Source of the DNA: Felis catus
Lineage: Eukaryota
DNA: 64,000 bases
NCBI RefSeq assembly: GCF_018350175.1
Contig: NC_058373.1
Coordinates: 110,920,001-110,984,000, forward strand
Direction of reading: 5' to 3'
This document shows, piece by piece, positions 24,745 to 37,740 of the stretch; within the stretch, counting starts at the first letter, position 1, and each line of letters starts with the position of its first letter. Position numbers and translations under genes: made by a program. The notes below the pieces were generated by a model, which did not search any database, was not told the origin of the DNA, and was given only the letters and a program-made list of their open reading frames with translations.

Positions 24745-24949
24745 TTTTAAGGTATATTTATCTTGAGAGAGAGAGTGCACACATGCATAAGTGGGGGAGG
24801 GGCAGAGAGGGAGGGAGAGAATATCCCAAGCAGGCTCTGCACTGTCAGTGCAAAACCCAACACAGGGCTCAATCCCATGACCATGAGATCACAACCTGAG
24901 CCAAGATCAAGAGCCAGACACTCAACTGACTGAGCCACCCAGGTGCCCC
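24745..24949 (-). mobile_element. CAN-SINE
   Basis: Typical structure. Confidence 0.93.
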
Positions 24950-25001
24950 TAATCAAGAACTATTTTTGAGTAACTCCCCTCTGTGTACCAAGCATGGTGC
25001 C

Positions 25002-25110
25002 AGGGAGGAAGGGGGAAAAGGGGGGGGGGGGGAGGAGGGAGGAGGAGGAGGAGGAGGGAGGTGGGGGGGAGGAAGAGGGAGGAGGGAGGGGCGGAGTGAG
25101 GGGGGAGGAG
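25002..25110. repeat. G-rich polypurine low-complexity tract
   Basis: A long G run and (GGA)n; almost no pyrimidines. Confidence 0.9.
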
Positions 25111-25825
25111 ACGACCACAGAGACGACCTAGTTCTCCATCACAAGAAGCATAGTCTAATGATATGGGAGGCAAGTTGACCATTACAAAACAAGATGATCC
25201 ATCCCATAACAAGGGAAGGAGAACGGTCCTACAAAAACACATGGGAGGAAGCATTCCTGTGCTATGCCAGGACCTGGGAGGGAGAGGGACTGTCAGGCAA
25301 GGCTATGAAGAGAAGGCACACTTAGGCATTACAAGGAAGTCTGTAGATACATTTTTAAGGATAATAATATATATTAAGGTGCCATCACAAGCACCAAAAA
25401 AATCCCTTAAAAAAAAAAAAAAGTTAGAGAAAGAAGAAGCTCTTTGCCCAAGGGCAAACAGCAAGAGAAAAGGAGCTGGAAACAACCCAGGCTCTTGTCA
25501 TCCAGCTCAAGGAGATATTTTGGTTGAAATACATCATCACATACTATTTACACCCTTCCCCACCTAAGTTTGGGTTACATGTTTTACAAAGCAAATTAAA
25601 CATCTCCTGCCTGCCCTCTAAAAGCCTAGGATTTAAAAACAGGCACACTAATATACAGACAAATGGAAGAGTTTTGATAACAAACTATCCCCCAAAGACA
25701 GTGTTTTCAAATAAACAATTCTCAAGTTCAGTTTGGTTCCAAAGGTGAGGATGTTAATAAATTTTGCCCTTCCCTTTGGAGACCAGGGAGAAATATTAAA
25801 ATTGCTTGGTTTGGATCCTGAAATA

Positions 25826-26375
25826 AATTAAAAATAGAATTACCAAATGATCCAACAATAAACTGGAGTATGGATTCCTAAGTATATACCCAAAAGAAGT
25901 GAAAACAGGGTATCAAAGAGATACTTGTATATCCATGTTCATAGCAACATTATTCATAATAGTCAAGGGATGGAAGTGACCTAAGTGTCCAGAGATGGAT
26001 GAATGGACAAAATGTGAGAAATACATACAGTGGAATATTATTCAGTCTTAAAATGGAAATTCTGACACATGCTACAACCTGGATGAATCTTGAAAACATT
26101 ATGTCAACTGAAATAAGCCAGACACAAAAGGGCAAATACTGTAGGGTTCCATTTATAGGAGGTACCTAGACTGGTCAAATTCATAGAGACAGAAAGTCTC
26201 TACGGTGGTTGCCAGGTGCTGGGGGTTGAGGGGAGTTAGTATTTAATGGGGACAGAGTTTGAGTTTTAGAAGATGAAAAAAGTTCTGGAGATACACAACA
26301 ATGTGTACAACGTATATGTACTTATGCCGTTGAACCAAACACTTAAAAAGAGTTAAAGTGGTAAATTTTGTCATA
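25826..26375 (+). mobile_element. Old L1 3' end (L1MB/MC-like)
   Basis: Typical motifs 'atagaattaccaaatgatccaacaat', 'gatggatgaatggacaaaatgtg' and 'aattcatagagacagaaag'. Confidence 0.8.
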
Positions 26376-27245
26376 AATATAATACATTTTTTTTAATCAC
26401 ATGGTAGCCATGCCCACTAAGTAACTGTATTTCGTCATTTAGGAGCAAATGAAAATACCTTGTTTCTAACATTTAGATACAAGGCCATCTGAAGAGGGGA
26501 TGACAGCATGAGACTATGCCTCTTAGAAGTTCGATATCCAAAGGAGCAGAGTCCATTTACCATTCCTTGGGAATGGACACCTATGTAACTCATTGAGAAG
26601 GTGCCTCTGTTGCAGCCATTATCGGAGAATTTTTAATTAATATAATCCCTGTGCACCAGAACCACCCCAATAGGGGATGACTGTCAAAGCACACATTCCA
26701 AAAATTACTAATTGAACGTCTATGTGAAAAAGCATTATGCAGGGCTTTATGTAAGACCTACAACTGTAATTCATAAATCAGTTCTTGCCTTCAAGAGCTG
26801 CCTAGCAAAGCAAATAATAGACATAAGTTTAATAATAATAATAATAATAAATGAAGTCTATGAACATGTTCAATTAAATAGCACATGTAACTAACTCTAG
26901 CAAATTTGTAGAAGGGAGAGATTACTAGGGGCTGGCTGGAGTGTTCCAGAAAGACTGATGGAAACCACTCCAAATCTGGGAGAAATGTTCCGGTCTGAAT
27001 GAGTCGAAGCAGACAAACCTGGTTCAAAGAAAGGGTTTGTGATGGGAATTGGTAAGAGATAAAAGTAGAAAAAGAGATTGGAGCCAGGTTATGGTTCTTA
27101 AAAGTCAACTGTATAAATTTGGATTTCCACCTCTACCTAGAGGGGAACTGCTAGAGGTTTCTAAGAAGGGATATTAGAGGACAAACACAGCTTGTCAGTG
27201 CAGGATGGCTTAGAAGAGGAAGACCCCTAATTGACAGAAAGCTGA

Positions 27246-27466
27246 GGGCGCCTAGGTGGCTCAGTCAGTTAAGCATCCAACTCTTGATTTTGTCTCAGGT
27301 CATGATCTCACAGTTGTGAGATAGAGCCCTGTCTTGGGCTCCATGCTGGGCACTTAAACCTGCTTAAGATTTTCAATCTCTGTCCCTTTCCTTCTGCCCC
27401 TCCCCAACTCGTACAGGCATATGTGAGCACGCGTGTGCTGTCTCTCTTAAAAAAAAAAAAAAAAAA
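27246..27466 (+). mobile_element. CAN-SINE
   Basis: Typical structure with an A-tail. Confidence 0.92.
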
Positions 27467-28044
27467 GCAAGCAAGCTGGACTCCAGGCCTGAGGACTACT
27501 AAGTTACTAAGCATATTTATATATATGCTTATATATACAATTAATTTTTCTCAAAGGATACACAGGAAACTGTTGACACTGATAACTTTTTAGAAGTAGG
27601 ATTGGAGGTAAGGGAAGGGAGTCTTTTAGTATACCCTTGTGCAATGTGGATACACTTCTTAATCATTGGCATGAATTCATTTAAAAGTTTTTTAAAATAT
27701 GACAACCAGAAAGTGTTAAAAGATGTTGAGGCTCTAAACAACACATTTAAAACATTTCTAATTATAAAGTGAAATATATTTCCATCTTGTTTGCATTGTA
27801 TCTTAATCTCTATCACATAGTGAAGATGTTGTGACAATGACCTGAAAGTAACAGCATAAAGTACACAGAACTAACTGTACATCTAAGGCTCTAATTCAAA
27901 ATAAGCAGATGTCATGAGTCACCCACCATAAAACACCTTCTTTTGGGTGTACTTAAAGGAAAAGTCTGCCTGAGTCCATTCCAAATCAACTCAATTACAA
28001 CAAAAATAAAAAGTAAGAGTCCACACAACATTTGACAGGATATA

Positions 28045-28882
28045 TCCCATCTCAGTAAATGGCTTTTTCATTCTTAAAGTTGCTCAGGCCAAAAGCAACT
28101 GAGTCATCCTTGACTTATTCTTTTTCTCTCATCCTCTATCTCCAAATCCCATGAGCTCTACCTTCAATTCCATCCAGAAGCCAGCTGCATTTCGCCACCC
28201 CACCACTGTCATGCTGGTCCGTCATCTCTAACGTGGACCACTACAGTAGCTTTCATTTTACTCCCTGTTTCCCCTCCTGTTCTCTACAGTCGGTCTTCCA
28301 CAGGACAGCCAGAAAGATCTTCCTCATAGACAAATCTGAACAAACCACTCCTCTGCCTGCAACTTCTGGTAGCTTCCTATCGCATGGCTAAAACACAAAG
28401 TCCTAGGACGGCTGCAAAGCCGGCATGATCCAGACCCCATTTCCTCTCCAACGGTACATCCTGCACTCACTCTTGTCCCTCCTCTCCAGTCACACTGGCT
28501 TTCTGCCCTCTCCTTGTATATAGCAGTGACCCCACCTTACGGCCTTTGCCCTCAATCTCAATCTCTTCCCCCAAACACCCCCATTCCCCTCCCTCGCTTG
28601 GTTTGGCTCTCCACACAAATTAAACTTCATCAGAGAAGGCTCTCCCTACCATCCTACCTCAGATAGAACTACCTCTCTTTCTCTTCACGCTGCTTTTCCT
28701 TTATAGCAAATTATAATATATACTCATCTGTTTGTTGTTGCTGTTTAGTTCCCATCTCACCCAACTGCTACGTATGCTCCGTGACATCAAATTTGGGGTC
28801 TGTTTTGCCGTTTTCACTGCTATATCCCCTAAACCTAGAATATGTCTGGCAAATAAAAGAAAGCTCTATAAATATTTATTGA
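28045..28882 (+). mobile_element. L2a-like 3' fragment
   Basis: 'cccatctcagtaaatggc…gttgctcaggccaaaa…tcatccttgac' and the 3' end 'cactgctatatcccctaaacctagaa…aaatatttattgaa'. Confidence 0.75.
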
Positions 28883-28966
28883 AGTTTAAAGTACAAATCA
28901 AAACACCAAGATCACTAAGATCAAAACACCAAAACACTAAGATCACTTCAAAATGAGGCATAAGCC

Positions 28967-29199
28967 GGGGCGCCTGGGTGGCGCAGTCGGTTAAGCATCC
29001 GACTTCAGCCAGGTCACGATCTCGCTGTCTGTGAGTTCGAGCCCCGCGTCGGGCTCTGGGCTGATGGCTCAGAGCCTGGAGCCTGTTTCCGATTCTGTGT
29101 CTCCCTCTCTCTCTGCCCTTCCCCCATTCATGCTCTGTCTCTCTCTGTCCCAGAAATAAAATAAACGTTGAAAAAAAATATATATATATATATAAAAAA
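28967..29199 (+). mobile_element. Very young CAN-SINE
   Basis: CpG-rich; perfect TSD AAAATGAGGCATAAGCC. Confidence 0.96.
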
Positions 29200-29671
29200 A
29201 AAATGAGGCATAAGCCTAGTAATGCCCAGCAAATTTGGAGTAAAGAAGTGAAAAATACAGAACTTCAATTGATAGTATTTAAAGCTATCATTTACCTTCA
29301 GCACGTTGGGAATCCACATACATGCTCAAGATTAATTCATAATTTAGGACAGCACCTGTGTACAGGCTAGAGGGTTTCTCTTGAGGTTTTGTACTTAAAG
29401 AGAAAATACTGTAACAAGTTTCCTCCTCCCTCTCTCCAACAAACTTAGATGGAAGGTTCTGAAGAAAGTAAGCAATCACTGTCTCAACCAGAAGGCCCAG
29501 AGTATTCAATTATTCCACTGAAGAGAAGATCTGGACAAAGCCCCAGCCTTGGTACTAGGAAATCGGGTCAAAGTCAGGTTCCCTCATGAACTACATAAAC
29601 AAGGTGTTTGGGCAAATCATTATTTGTTTCTAATCCTGTTTTCTCTATTATAATTTATATCTATATATTTA

Positions 29672-29824
29672 TATTTTAATGTTTATTTATTTTTGAGAGA
29701 GAGAAACTGAAGCAGGCTCAAGGCTGTCAGCGCAGAAGCCAACAAGGGGCTCGAACTTAAACCGTGAGATCATGAAATGAGCTGAAGTCGGACACTTAAC
29801 CAACTGAGCTACCCAGGCACCCCC
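29672..29824 (-). mobile_element. CAN-SINE (shortened)
   Basis: Head and tail; TSD ttttctctatt. Confidence 0.9.
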
Positions 29825-30321
29825 ATTTTCTCTATTGTAAAGCATGAACGATGAGGTCTTCCCTGCTTCTTCACACGGTCATTGTAAAATAAAATAAGAT
29901 GATGCATATACAAAGGCATCCTGGAAGCTGAGTGGATTATACATCATCTATGTGACCATCAACTTGTGCCAGCTAATCTCCAGTTCACAATCCCTTTCCC
30001 ACCACTAGTGAGCTTTGTTTAAACAAGCATCTGATCTGGTCCCTCCCCTGCTCAAAAGCCTTTATCGATTTCAACTTGAACCTCTGACGGTTCAAGCCTC
30101 TCCACAAACTGAACCCAAACCATCTTTCCAGTCATATTTTGGCCGCTTCCTGGGCTGTGCCCTACATTCCAGCCACAGGGGACTACTCCCCATCCCCTAA
30201 CTTACTCATGCATTATTGCACATCTATGTGGGTGAGGTGCCTAAGCCCCCACCCCTACTCATTCCTCCTTCTTTCCTTAGAGAAATCCTAGGCACTCTCC
30301 CACCTGAATTAGACCCTTTCT

Positions 30322-30537
30322 GGGGTGCCTGGGTGGCTTAGTCGGTTAAGCCTCTGACTCTTGGTATTGGCTCAGGTCATGATCTCACAGTTCGTGGGTT
30401 CGAGCCCTGTGTCAGGCTCTGTGCTAACAATGTGGAGCCTGCGTCAGATCCTCCCTATCCCTCTGCCCCTCCCCTGCTCACTTGCTCTCTCTCTCTCTGT
30501 CAAAATACTATATAATAATAATAGTAATAATAATAAC
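30322..30537 (+). mobile_element. CAN-SINE with a (TAA)n tail
   Basis: TSD gaattagac(c/t)ctttct. Confidence 0.94.
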
Positions 30538-33239
30538 GAATTAGACTCTTTCTCCCATGGGCTTTCTCTCAGGTGCCCTGTTGAATCATTACTTGTTTGC
30601 AAGCATATTTCCCCACCAGACCAGCAGGTCTCCATCTGATGCCTTTTCATGTCCTCAGCATAGAACAGTGTAATGCACACAGTAGGTACACAATGCTTGC
30701 TGTCTCTGAATATTTCTCAAATGGCTCTCTCAGGCCTTTCCAGCTCTTTCTCTGACTTATGGCTTGGAGGCAGTATTAGGAAAGGGCTTCTTTTACTTTT
30801 CTACTCCTGAGAAAATATGCTGGGAGATGCACCTTGCTGACCACTCCTAGGGGGCTTCCAGAAACAGGCAGGAACTAAGCAGAGGGACAGAATGAAGCTA
30901 GGGGTCTCTCTCCAGGCCTCGTAAGTTATATCTCTAAAGTGTGCTTCGTTTTATTGGAAGCGCTATGAATTCTCAAATGAGACACACCCTAATACAAATG
31001 GAAATGATTTTCAACTTACTCAGTTTCAGGATTATACAACTTTCTGTTCCTTTTCATGATAGTGGAAACTCCTGAATTGACTATAATTCAAAGCAATTAT
31101 TGTTCTTCAGCTGCCAAGGTGCCCTGTTATTCTTTTCATAACTATCCTGGATGATCTGAGCCCCTTTCAATGCAAAGTCTATTTTTTTCTAACCCTGTAC
31201 CTTTTCATTTGCTAAATTTATAGCATTCAAATGAAAGGAAGAAAGGAAGCCCCACTTTTGCCCCCATTGCGAACATGATATATGGGTTTTAATTGCCCTT
31301 GTAATTATACCCTTGTCCAGATCTGCACAGGTACAGTATAGAAATTAAGCACAGCAAAGCCTGAGAAGGCCTCACTGCGGTAGGAAGACGACAGCTTCGT
31401 AATGCTTCCTGCCACCAGGAGAAGGAAACAGAACAACGAAAGGTGGTCTGGGAATGTCATAAGCTAGCCAGCAATCTCCACTGAGGAAGCATTTTCTGTC
31501 TATGACCGCCTCTAAAATTGTGTTAGCTGTAAGGCTGGGGATCCCCTGGTGGTTTGATGTTCAGCTAAGGCTGGCTGAAAATGGCAGAACTTGGATTGCT
31601 CGGCTGTGAATTAAGAAATAAGCACAGCAACAAAGGGAAACATGCTATGACATTTTCTAAATATTTACCAAGGGGAGTTGACAATTCAGTGACTGGAGCC
31701 AGATCTGACAGTGAATTCTGACTGCCTCCTACACCCTTGATCACCATCTCCATCTCCAAAACCAGGTGACCTTCACCCCTTGGGGTTGGCAGAAAAAAGA
31801 GGCATCTTTGTGATAATCCAGCAAATGCTACGTGATGATTTGGGCACACAGACCACTGCATTTCTTCTCCACCCCCGCCCCCCCAGATTTCTTACCTAGG
31901 GTAGAGGAGTAACCAAAGAGCTATCTATATAATCAACTGAGTCAATACAAACTACTTCTAAGATGAAATACTTCTTTCCACAGCAATTTCTGACTAGTGA
32001 TATCCATATGGTTTCAGAACCCAATATCCATGAACTTCCTTGCCTGTCCTCATTATAAAATGAAATTTCTCATCAGCCCACACAACACAATTATTTTCAT
32101 TCTTGATCCTCCAAAATCAACTGATAAATGTTAATCTGCAGGTCTGAGGTTGTAAGAAAAAATTATGGATAATGAAGAAATGTGCTTTATATCACTTTAA
32201 ACCTCCTGTTGGTCAGATTTCCTACATTTTAAGGTCTTGGATAGAGAGTATAATTTTGCATTTGATTTTACAATCTGAAATAACGCAGTTCAAGAGCAAC
32301 TTGGTGATTTGGTTTAGATTAAAACAGGTATCTGACACTCCCAATAATTCCCCCAAAGTCCTTTCTTTCCCCACTGTCCCAGAAATGTTACATATTTATC
32401 TTAAGTTTTGTACTAGCTCAAGATAGTAATGTACACACCTATCATGCGAAAATGCATATATCTGTATACCTAACAAGCAATGCGGAGATTATGGAACAGT
32501 TTAGAGTTTAATGTTCACTAATGTCTTCTCACCTGCTTACCTCCAGTACTTTTTTTTTTAAGATTTTACTAAGGTGAAAGTAATTGGATATTAAAATGGA
32601 TGCTCTCACAGTCTCCCTCAAAGGAAAGAATACTTCAGTGGTTTGGTTAGGCAGAACTTGAGGAAATAAACCTAATACTGGTCTTGGGAGAGAGGGAGGA
32701 AGGAAATGGGCAAACAAGAGTAAGAAACATGGAAGGCACATCATAGCCCTACAGAGATGACCAGGTAAACTGCAGTTAGGTCTCCCCTTCAGGCAGCAGC
32801 CACATAAACAGAAGGCTGGACTCAGTGACCTCTAAGGTCCCTTCCCACTCCAATAGCGTTTGCCTCGTGAATTTTTTATAGTCATCCTCTGTTCTATCAC
32901 ACTGTCCCCATGCATCATCAAGCCCTCCTGGCCACTTCCTCAACTGAAAGGAAAATCTGTTTTCAAAAAAATCCATGCTTTGACTACTGCCAAAATTTCA
33001 GTTCCGTCCTTGAAACAATGACCTGAACATAATGGGCCAGGCTAAACACCTCTGAGCAAATAAGTACTCAATACCGTCTTCAGGCAACATTATTTCACAG
33101 ACAGATGCAGAATTATAACCCGAAGTTTTGAGAGTGAAAGACTGTGAGGCTAACAGGCCATCCTATAATCGAATTTTTCCGACTTGTACTTCTACATCCC
33201 CTGCTGAATGCCTAACCTTAAAAAGAGAGTAGGTACCGA

Positions 33240-33380
33240 ACAACAGCGTTTGAATCCTGGCCTCACCTCTCATCAGCTGTGTGATATGAGACAAATTATT
33301 TAATCCCAAGTCTGTTTCATGACTTGTAAAATGCTGATGATATAAACTACCTCACAGAGTTACTGTGACAATAGGATAAA
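33240..33380 (+). mobile_element. MIR
   Basis: 'ttgaatcctggcctcacctctcatcagctgtgtga…tctgtttcatgacttgtaaaatg'. Confidence 0.65.
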
Positions 33381-35620
33381 AAACAAAACAAAAAAACACC
33401 TCTGAGCATTCATTTGTTCATTCTCTTCTTCATTCAACAAAGACGAACTGAGTGTCCACTACCAGACAGGCACCAGTGTAGAAAAGATGGAAAAAAATGA
33501 AAGCTATTATTACTCTCGTTTACCCAGTTTGTTTTCAGAATTGTGGCAGAACCGTCAGATTTTGACTTGAGTTCAAAACTTTCATGACTAAAATAGTCAT
33601 TTTTGGCTTGTCAAATATGATCCCTCATGGGAGTGCACCTACTGCCATACCTTTATGTACCCCAAAGCTAATCATCTAGTAGGTGTTCAGCTAGAGGACA
33701 CCCTCAGAACATTTGGAAGAAGCCACAACCAGAGCAAAAGTGGTATCCTGGTATCCCAGCTCTCAGCTGGGCAAGCCAGTCAGGAAAACTTGATATGCCT
33801 GTGCTACAAGACCCGTCCTGGATGCCTGGGAGATTTCAGGTGCTTTCAATTCCACCAGTGGACTCTGAGCCTTCCGAGAATTTAGGATTAACAGGTCTGG
33901 CTCATCCCCAATCTTTGTGACTGGGCCACAGATAAAGCTAAGAGCAACAGCTAAGGGGTATAAAGACCATTTTTCAGAATGTAGGGTTTATGTTTTTCAG
34001 CTGTGTTTTACTCTAGAATTTGATAAAGTTCTGTATAAATGATCCACCTCTGAGGAGTCCATTAGTTTCAAGGCTGGTAGGCTCTCCAGCGTGAGCCTAA
34101 CATTCCTTCTCCTAATTAGCCCCAAACCTCCGGGCAAGTACAAGCCTACTGTGTTGGGTGCTGGGCATGTCCTACACTTAAACATTTTGTGCTTACAAAA
34201 AAGAGTCTTTAAAGACATTCTGGAATCCAGGGCTCCTAGAAAAAGAGTAAAAGTCTGACTCTGGCCTGAAATAGGAAATAATCTGCCCTAGATCACAGGG
34301 TGGTCAAAGAGCGAATTCTAGAATCAAATTCAGAACCATCTGTGAACCTGAAGATAGGTTAGTGGACAATATAGAGGTCCCTAAAACTTCTGATTTGCAG
34401 ACTCCTCTCATTCAGGAGCCACCTGAATCATTTTCCCTAGAAACTGAAGTATAGATCAGAACAACTCAAGGCTATGAGTTTTGGATTGCTATCTCCTGTC
34501 TGGAGGTAACAGCCTAGGCTCTCCACAGACAGGAGTTATGGTTACACAAATACGGTCACTATCTCTCCACACCCCTCCCCCCCATCTGATGCACCTAAAA
34601 AAAATTTTTTTAAGTGGATTTTCATTTCCCTTCAGCCAGTTTAGCGCGTTATTATCAACTCCTGACGCCTCTAATTGCTCAGTGAAAACAGTGGTTTGGA
34701 TATTAATAGGCTGTAAATCAAGGCCCTACCTGGAGCTTGTTGTCACGGAAACGGTACTCAAGCCCACAGCAACTTCCCCACCCTCGGAAGTCTGGAAGAG
34801 TTAGTGGGAGTTGGGGATGGTTTTAAAGCTCCTGTTATTTCTCCCACTTTCTGCTATTTTTCTCAGGGCCAAGTTGTTGGAGAAAGAGGAACTGGTGAGG
34901 CGGGTGAGAGTATAGTGGACAGCAGCAGCTTGGAGAACTCTTTGGGAGAGGAGGTCAGGAGGTCCTTGGAATATGCCTCGGGCATTCTGCTCTTTCCTCC
35001 TTGGGTCTGCACCCAGCCACTCCGCATCGTTCCCTGCGGCCGGCGGTCGGACCCCCCCCCCCCCCCGCCTCCGCTGACCCTCCCTGTCCTCCCTGCCTGG
35101 ACACTGGACACTGGGCTGCCTGGGGAGCGCGCGGACAAGTTCCCTAGAAGAGAATCTGAGCGGCCCCGGGCTGAGAAGCCCCGCAGCAGGAGGCGGAGGG
35201 CACCGCGAAGGTCCGACAAGCTCGAGACAGAATACCTTTTGCCCCCATGCCGGGGTCCGGGAGGATGCGGCCCGAGACTTAAACACGCACCGCCCCCCCC
35301 CCAACAACCTCCGCCCTCCCAGAGCCCCAGGGCGACGCTCCAGGATCCAGCTCTCCAAAGCAAAGCGCCCCGCTCGGCAAGTGCCTCCGAAGCCCACGCG
35401 GATTCCCGCGCCCCAGGGTGTTCGCTGCCGCAGCCGCCAAGGGCCTCCTGGGCCCTACGCCCCGCACCTGGGGCTGAGCCCCTACCCGGTCCCCTGGGCC
35501 CCGCGCGTCACGCGCCCCCTGGGCCCAGCGCCTCCTCTGCGCTCGCGCCGCGCGCCCCAGCCTCGCGCATCCGCACCCGCACCCAGCCCCCGCCGGCCGC
35601 TGGGCCCTCCCGGGACTCAC

Positions 35621-35730
35621 CTGCGTTGGGGCTGTAGCAGCGGCCACCCCGAGCCCAGGGGCGGCGGCGGCGCAGGGGGAAGAGGGCAGCACGGGGCTCC
35701 TAGCACAGCAGCCGCCGGGCGCCTGGTGCT
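35621..35730 (-). other. SPTB: Probable non-coding first exon of erythrocytic beta-spectrin; donor exact, TSS approximate
   Basis: The minus strand reads ...CCCCAACGCAG|GTGAGTCCC, a full consensus donor (ACTCAC at 35615-35620 on +), inside a CpG island with GATA/CACCC motifs just upstream. The gene name comes from recalled synteny with CHURC1, not from coding sequence. Confidence 0.72.
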
Positions 35731-35743
35731 GCCGAGCCGCGGA

Positions 35744-35913
35744 CCCGCCCAGAGATATAAATAACATTATCTGAGGAGGGACATTCCTGCCGGGGGACAT
35801 CGCTGCTGCCGGGACCAGATAGTCCCGCGGCGGGGGCGGGGAGGCGGGGCCGCAGCCTCCCGCAGCGCCAGGCCCAGCCCCCGCCTTCCCCACCCACTCC
35901 CGCACCTGCCAAT
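35744..35913 (-). promoter_or_regulatory. SPTB: Proximal promoter motif cluster
   Basis: GC box 35744-35750; TATAAATAA 35756-35764; GATA sites TTATCT 35767-35772 and AGATAG 35817-35822; CATTCCT 35782-35788; GC boxes 35834-35850; CCCCACCC 35888-35895; CACCTG 35903-35908; CCAAT 35909-35913. Confidence 0.7.
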
Positions 35914-37660
35914 CAGCCTCCGCGCCCAGGGGCACCTGCCAGGCCTCCGCCCGGCTCTCGCGGCCGGCCTCCGCCTCCTGGCTGGCCGCCTGGGCCCGGG
36001 ACGCCAGAAGCTCCAGCCGCCCGCAGCGCCCCCATCGTCGTTCACCTCCCCTAACCGCCCGCTACCCCGAGCTCCCTGCGGCGGGAAAAAGGTTTGACTC
36101 TGCAGCTCGGGCCTAATTCGTGAGCCCGGAGCAGCAAGCCTGGCCACGAAAATGAGCCCTCCAGCCTTTCCCGCCCTGCGTCCCCACTGTGTACTGTCAG
36201 GTTTTTAAAATATATTAAAACACACGCTTAAACCGTAGGGTGGGCGAGGCGGGAGCCCCGACCGCGCGCCCCCGCTGCAGCGGGTTTGGGAGAGATTGTT
36301 CCCCGGGGCTGGTGTTAGAAAGCACGCTCCGGGGCGCACTTCACTTGGCAGGCTGTACGAACAGACTCTGGGAAGGTAGGGATGGGCACTGGTCCGGAGG
36401 TCCCCGCCCCCAGCCCGCAGGCTTACTGTCTCTGTTTCTGTCTGCAAACCTGGTGTGGTCGGGGCAGACCCGGCAATGCTGGCGGGGCGCAGCCGACCAT
36501 CCCACATTGCAAGGACTGAAATCAACAGGCAAACTGCCACGCTAGCCCAACAGCACTTCCTGTCCGGCCCCTCTTTCCAGGCGAGCAGGGTCTTCCTCAC
36601 TGCAAGCCTGGATGGGATGGGATGCAGTAGGCCAGAGAAAACACGAGAACCAATGGTGCCAAAGAGGAAAGACAAGGCACCTCCGAGTCACCTCGAGAGA
36701 GATTCACAGGAGAAAATGGGCAGCTTGTAAGGCTGTCCGTTTTCCTGACTTTCTTAAGATACAAGGGGTTATTGTTCAATAACACTTAGTGTACAGCTAA
36801 CTGTAGCTTTCACCTCTTTTCTCCATCTGCTGTTTCCAGACCAGTTTCTCACTCGGGTAACTCGTAGCAGCCCAGGTACTCCCAAGTATTATGGATGGCA
36901 GTGGAGATTAAAAACACGAACATGTAGAAAAGAGTTGTAACTTTGATACTGCCTGCTTTTCTTAACAACGGAACAGTCTTACTCCTGAGTTATTTGCTTG
37001 AGAGTATAATTATGCTGTTTTCCAGGATTCGCCAGGAAAAGGGTGTTTAATTGCCAGATGTGCATGCTTAGTTTATATGTTGAACAGATGCAAAGATATT
37101 TCACTTCCTGCTGTAGCCACACTTCAGAATGGGCATTTAGATACTGAGATGCTAAGTGGGGCAAACACCACTGATATTACAAAGCCACAGAATCCGCCCC
37201 CCCCCCCCCCCCCCCCCCGCCGCTGGGCCCTTGTTAACCTCAGTTTCTCCAGAGACACTAGTAATATAGGAAAGATGATAGAATATTCATGGTCATCCAT
37301 TAAATTAGTAGTGATTCCCCCACTTCTGATAACGTTTAAGCATCCATTTGTTTATTACTGAGTTAGAAACAGATCTTTTTCATTTAAAAAATTATTTAAG
37401 AACCAAATTCTGGCAAGGGAAACTCAAGAAAAACAGGCCAACTTCAAAAGCTGAGAATATGCTATATCTCAAGTAGAAATCCTTCATCTATTTTTGAAAG
37501 AAAAAAATGGTGAGAAATTATTTATGTTTTTTAGAAGCCTTGTGTGAATAAACTTATTAAATAAATTCATGATTCCCGAGGACTGCAGCCACATAATAGT
37601 ATACTACATGAAACAGATAATTCCTTAGCTCTAGGTCTGTGGCACTGAAATGAAAAGTTG

Positions 37661-37740
37661 CTCTCTGCCCTTCCCCCGTTCATGCTCTGTCTCTCTCTGT
37701 CCCAAAAAAATAAATAAACGTTGAAAAAAAAATTTTTTTT
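37661..37740 (+). mobile_element. 5'-truncated young CAN-SINE
   Basis: Only the (CT)n region and tail are present; TSD AAAGTTG at 37654-37660 and 37741-37747. Confidence 0.88.

Larger units (their letters stand above)
1..35620 (-). other. SPTB: Large first intron of the minus-strand gene (probably SPTB); continues past the left edge
   Basis: Downstream of the 35620 donor there is no spectrin-like coding sequence, and the region is rich in repeats. Confidence 0.62.
34990..36560. promoter_or_regulatory. SPTB: CpG island spanning the SPTB promoter and exon 1
   Basis: Sharp rise in GC and CpG content relative to the flanks; repeat-free. Confidence 0.9.

Noticed and set aside
34801..36730. Long overlapping ORFs (up to 277 aa) on both strands
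   Set aside because: Pro/Gly/Ala/Arg-rich products expected from stop-poor CpG-island DNA; no recognisable domain, and several read through the splice donor.
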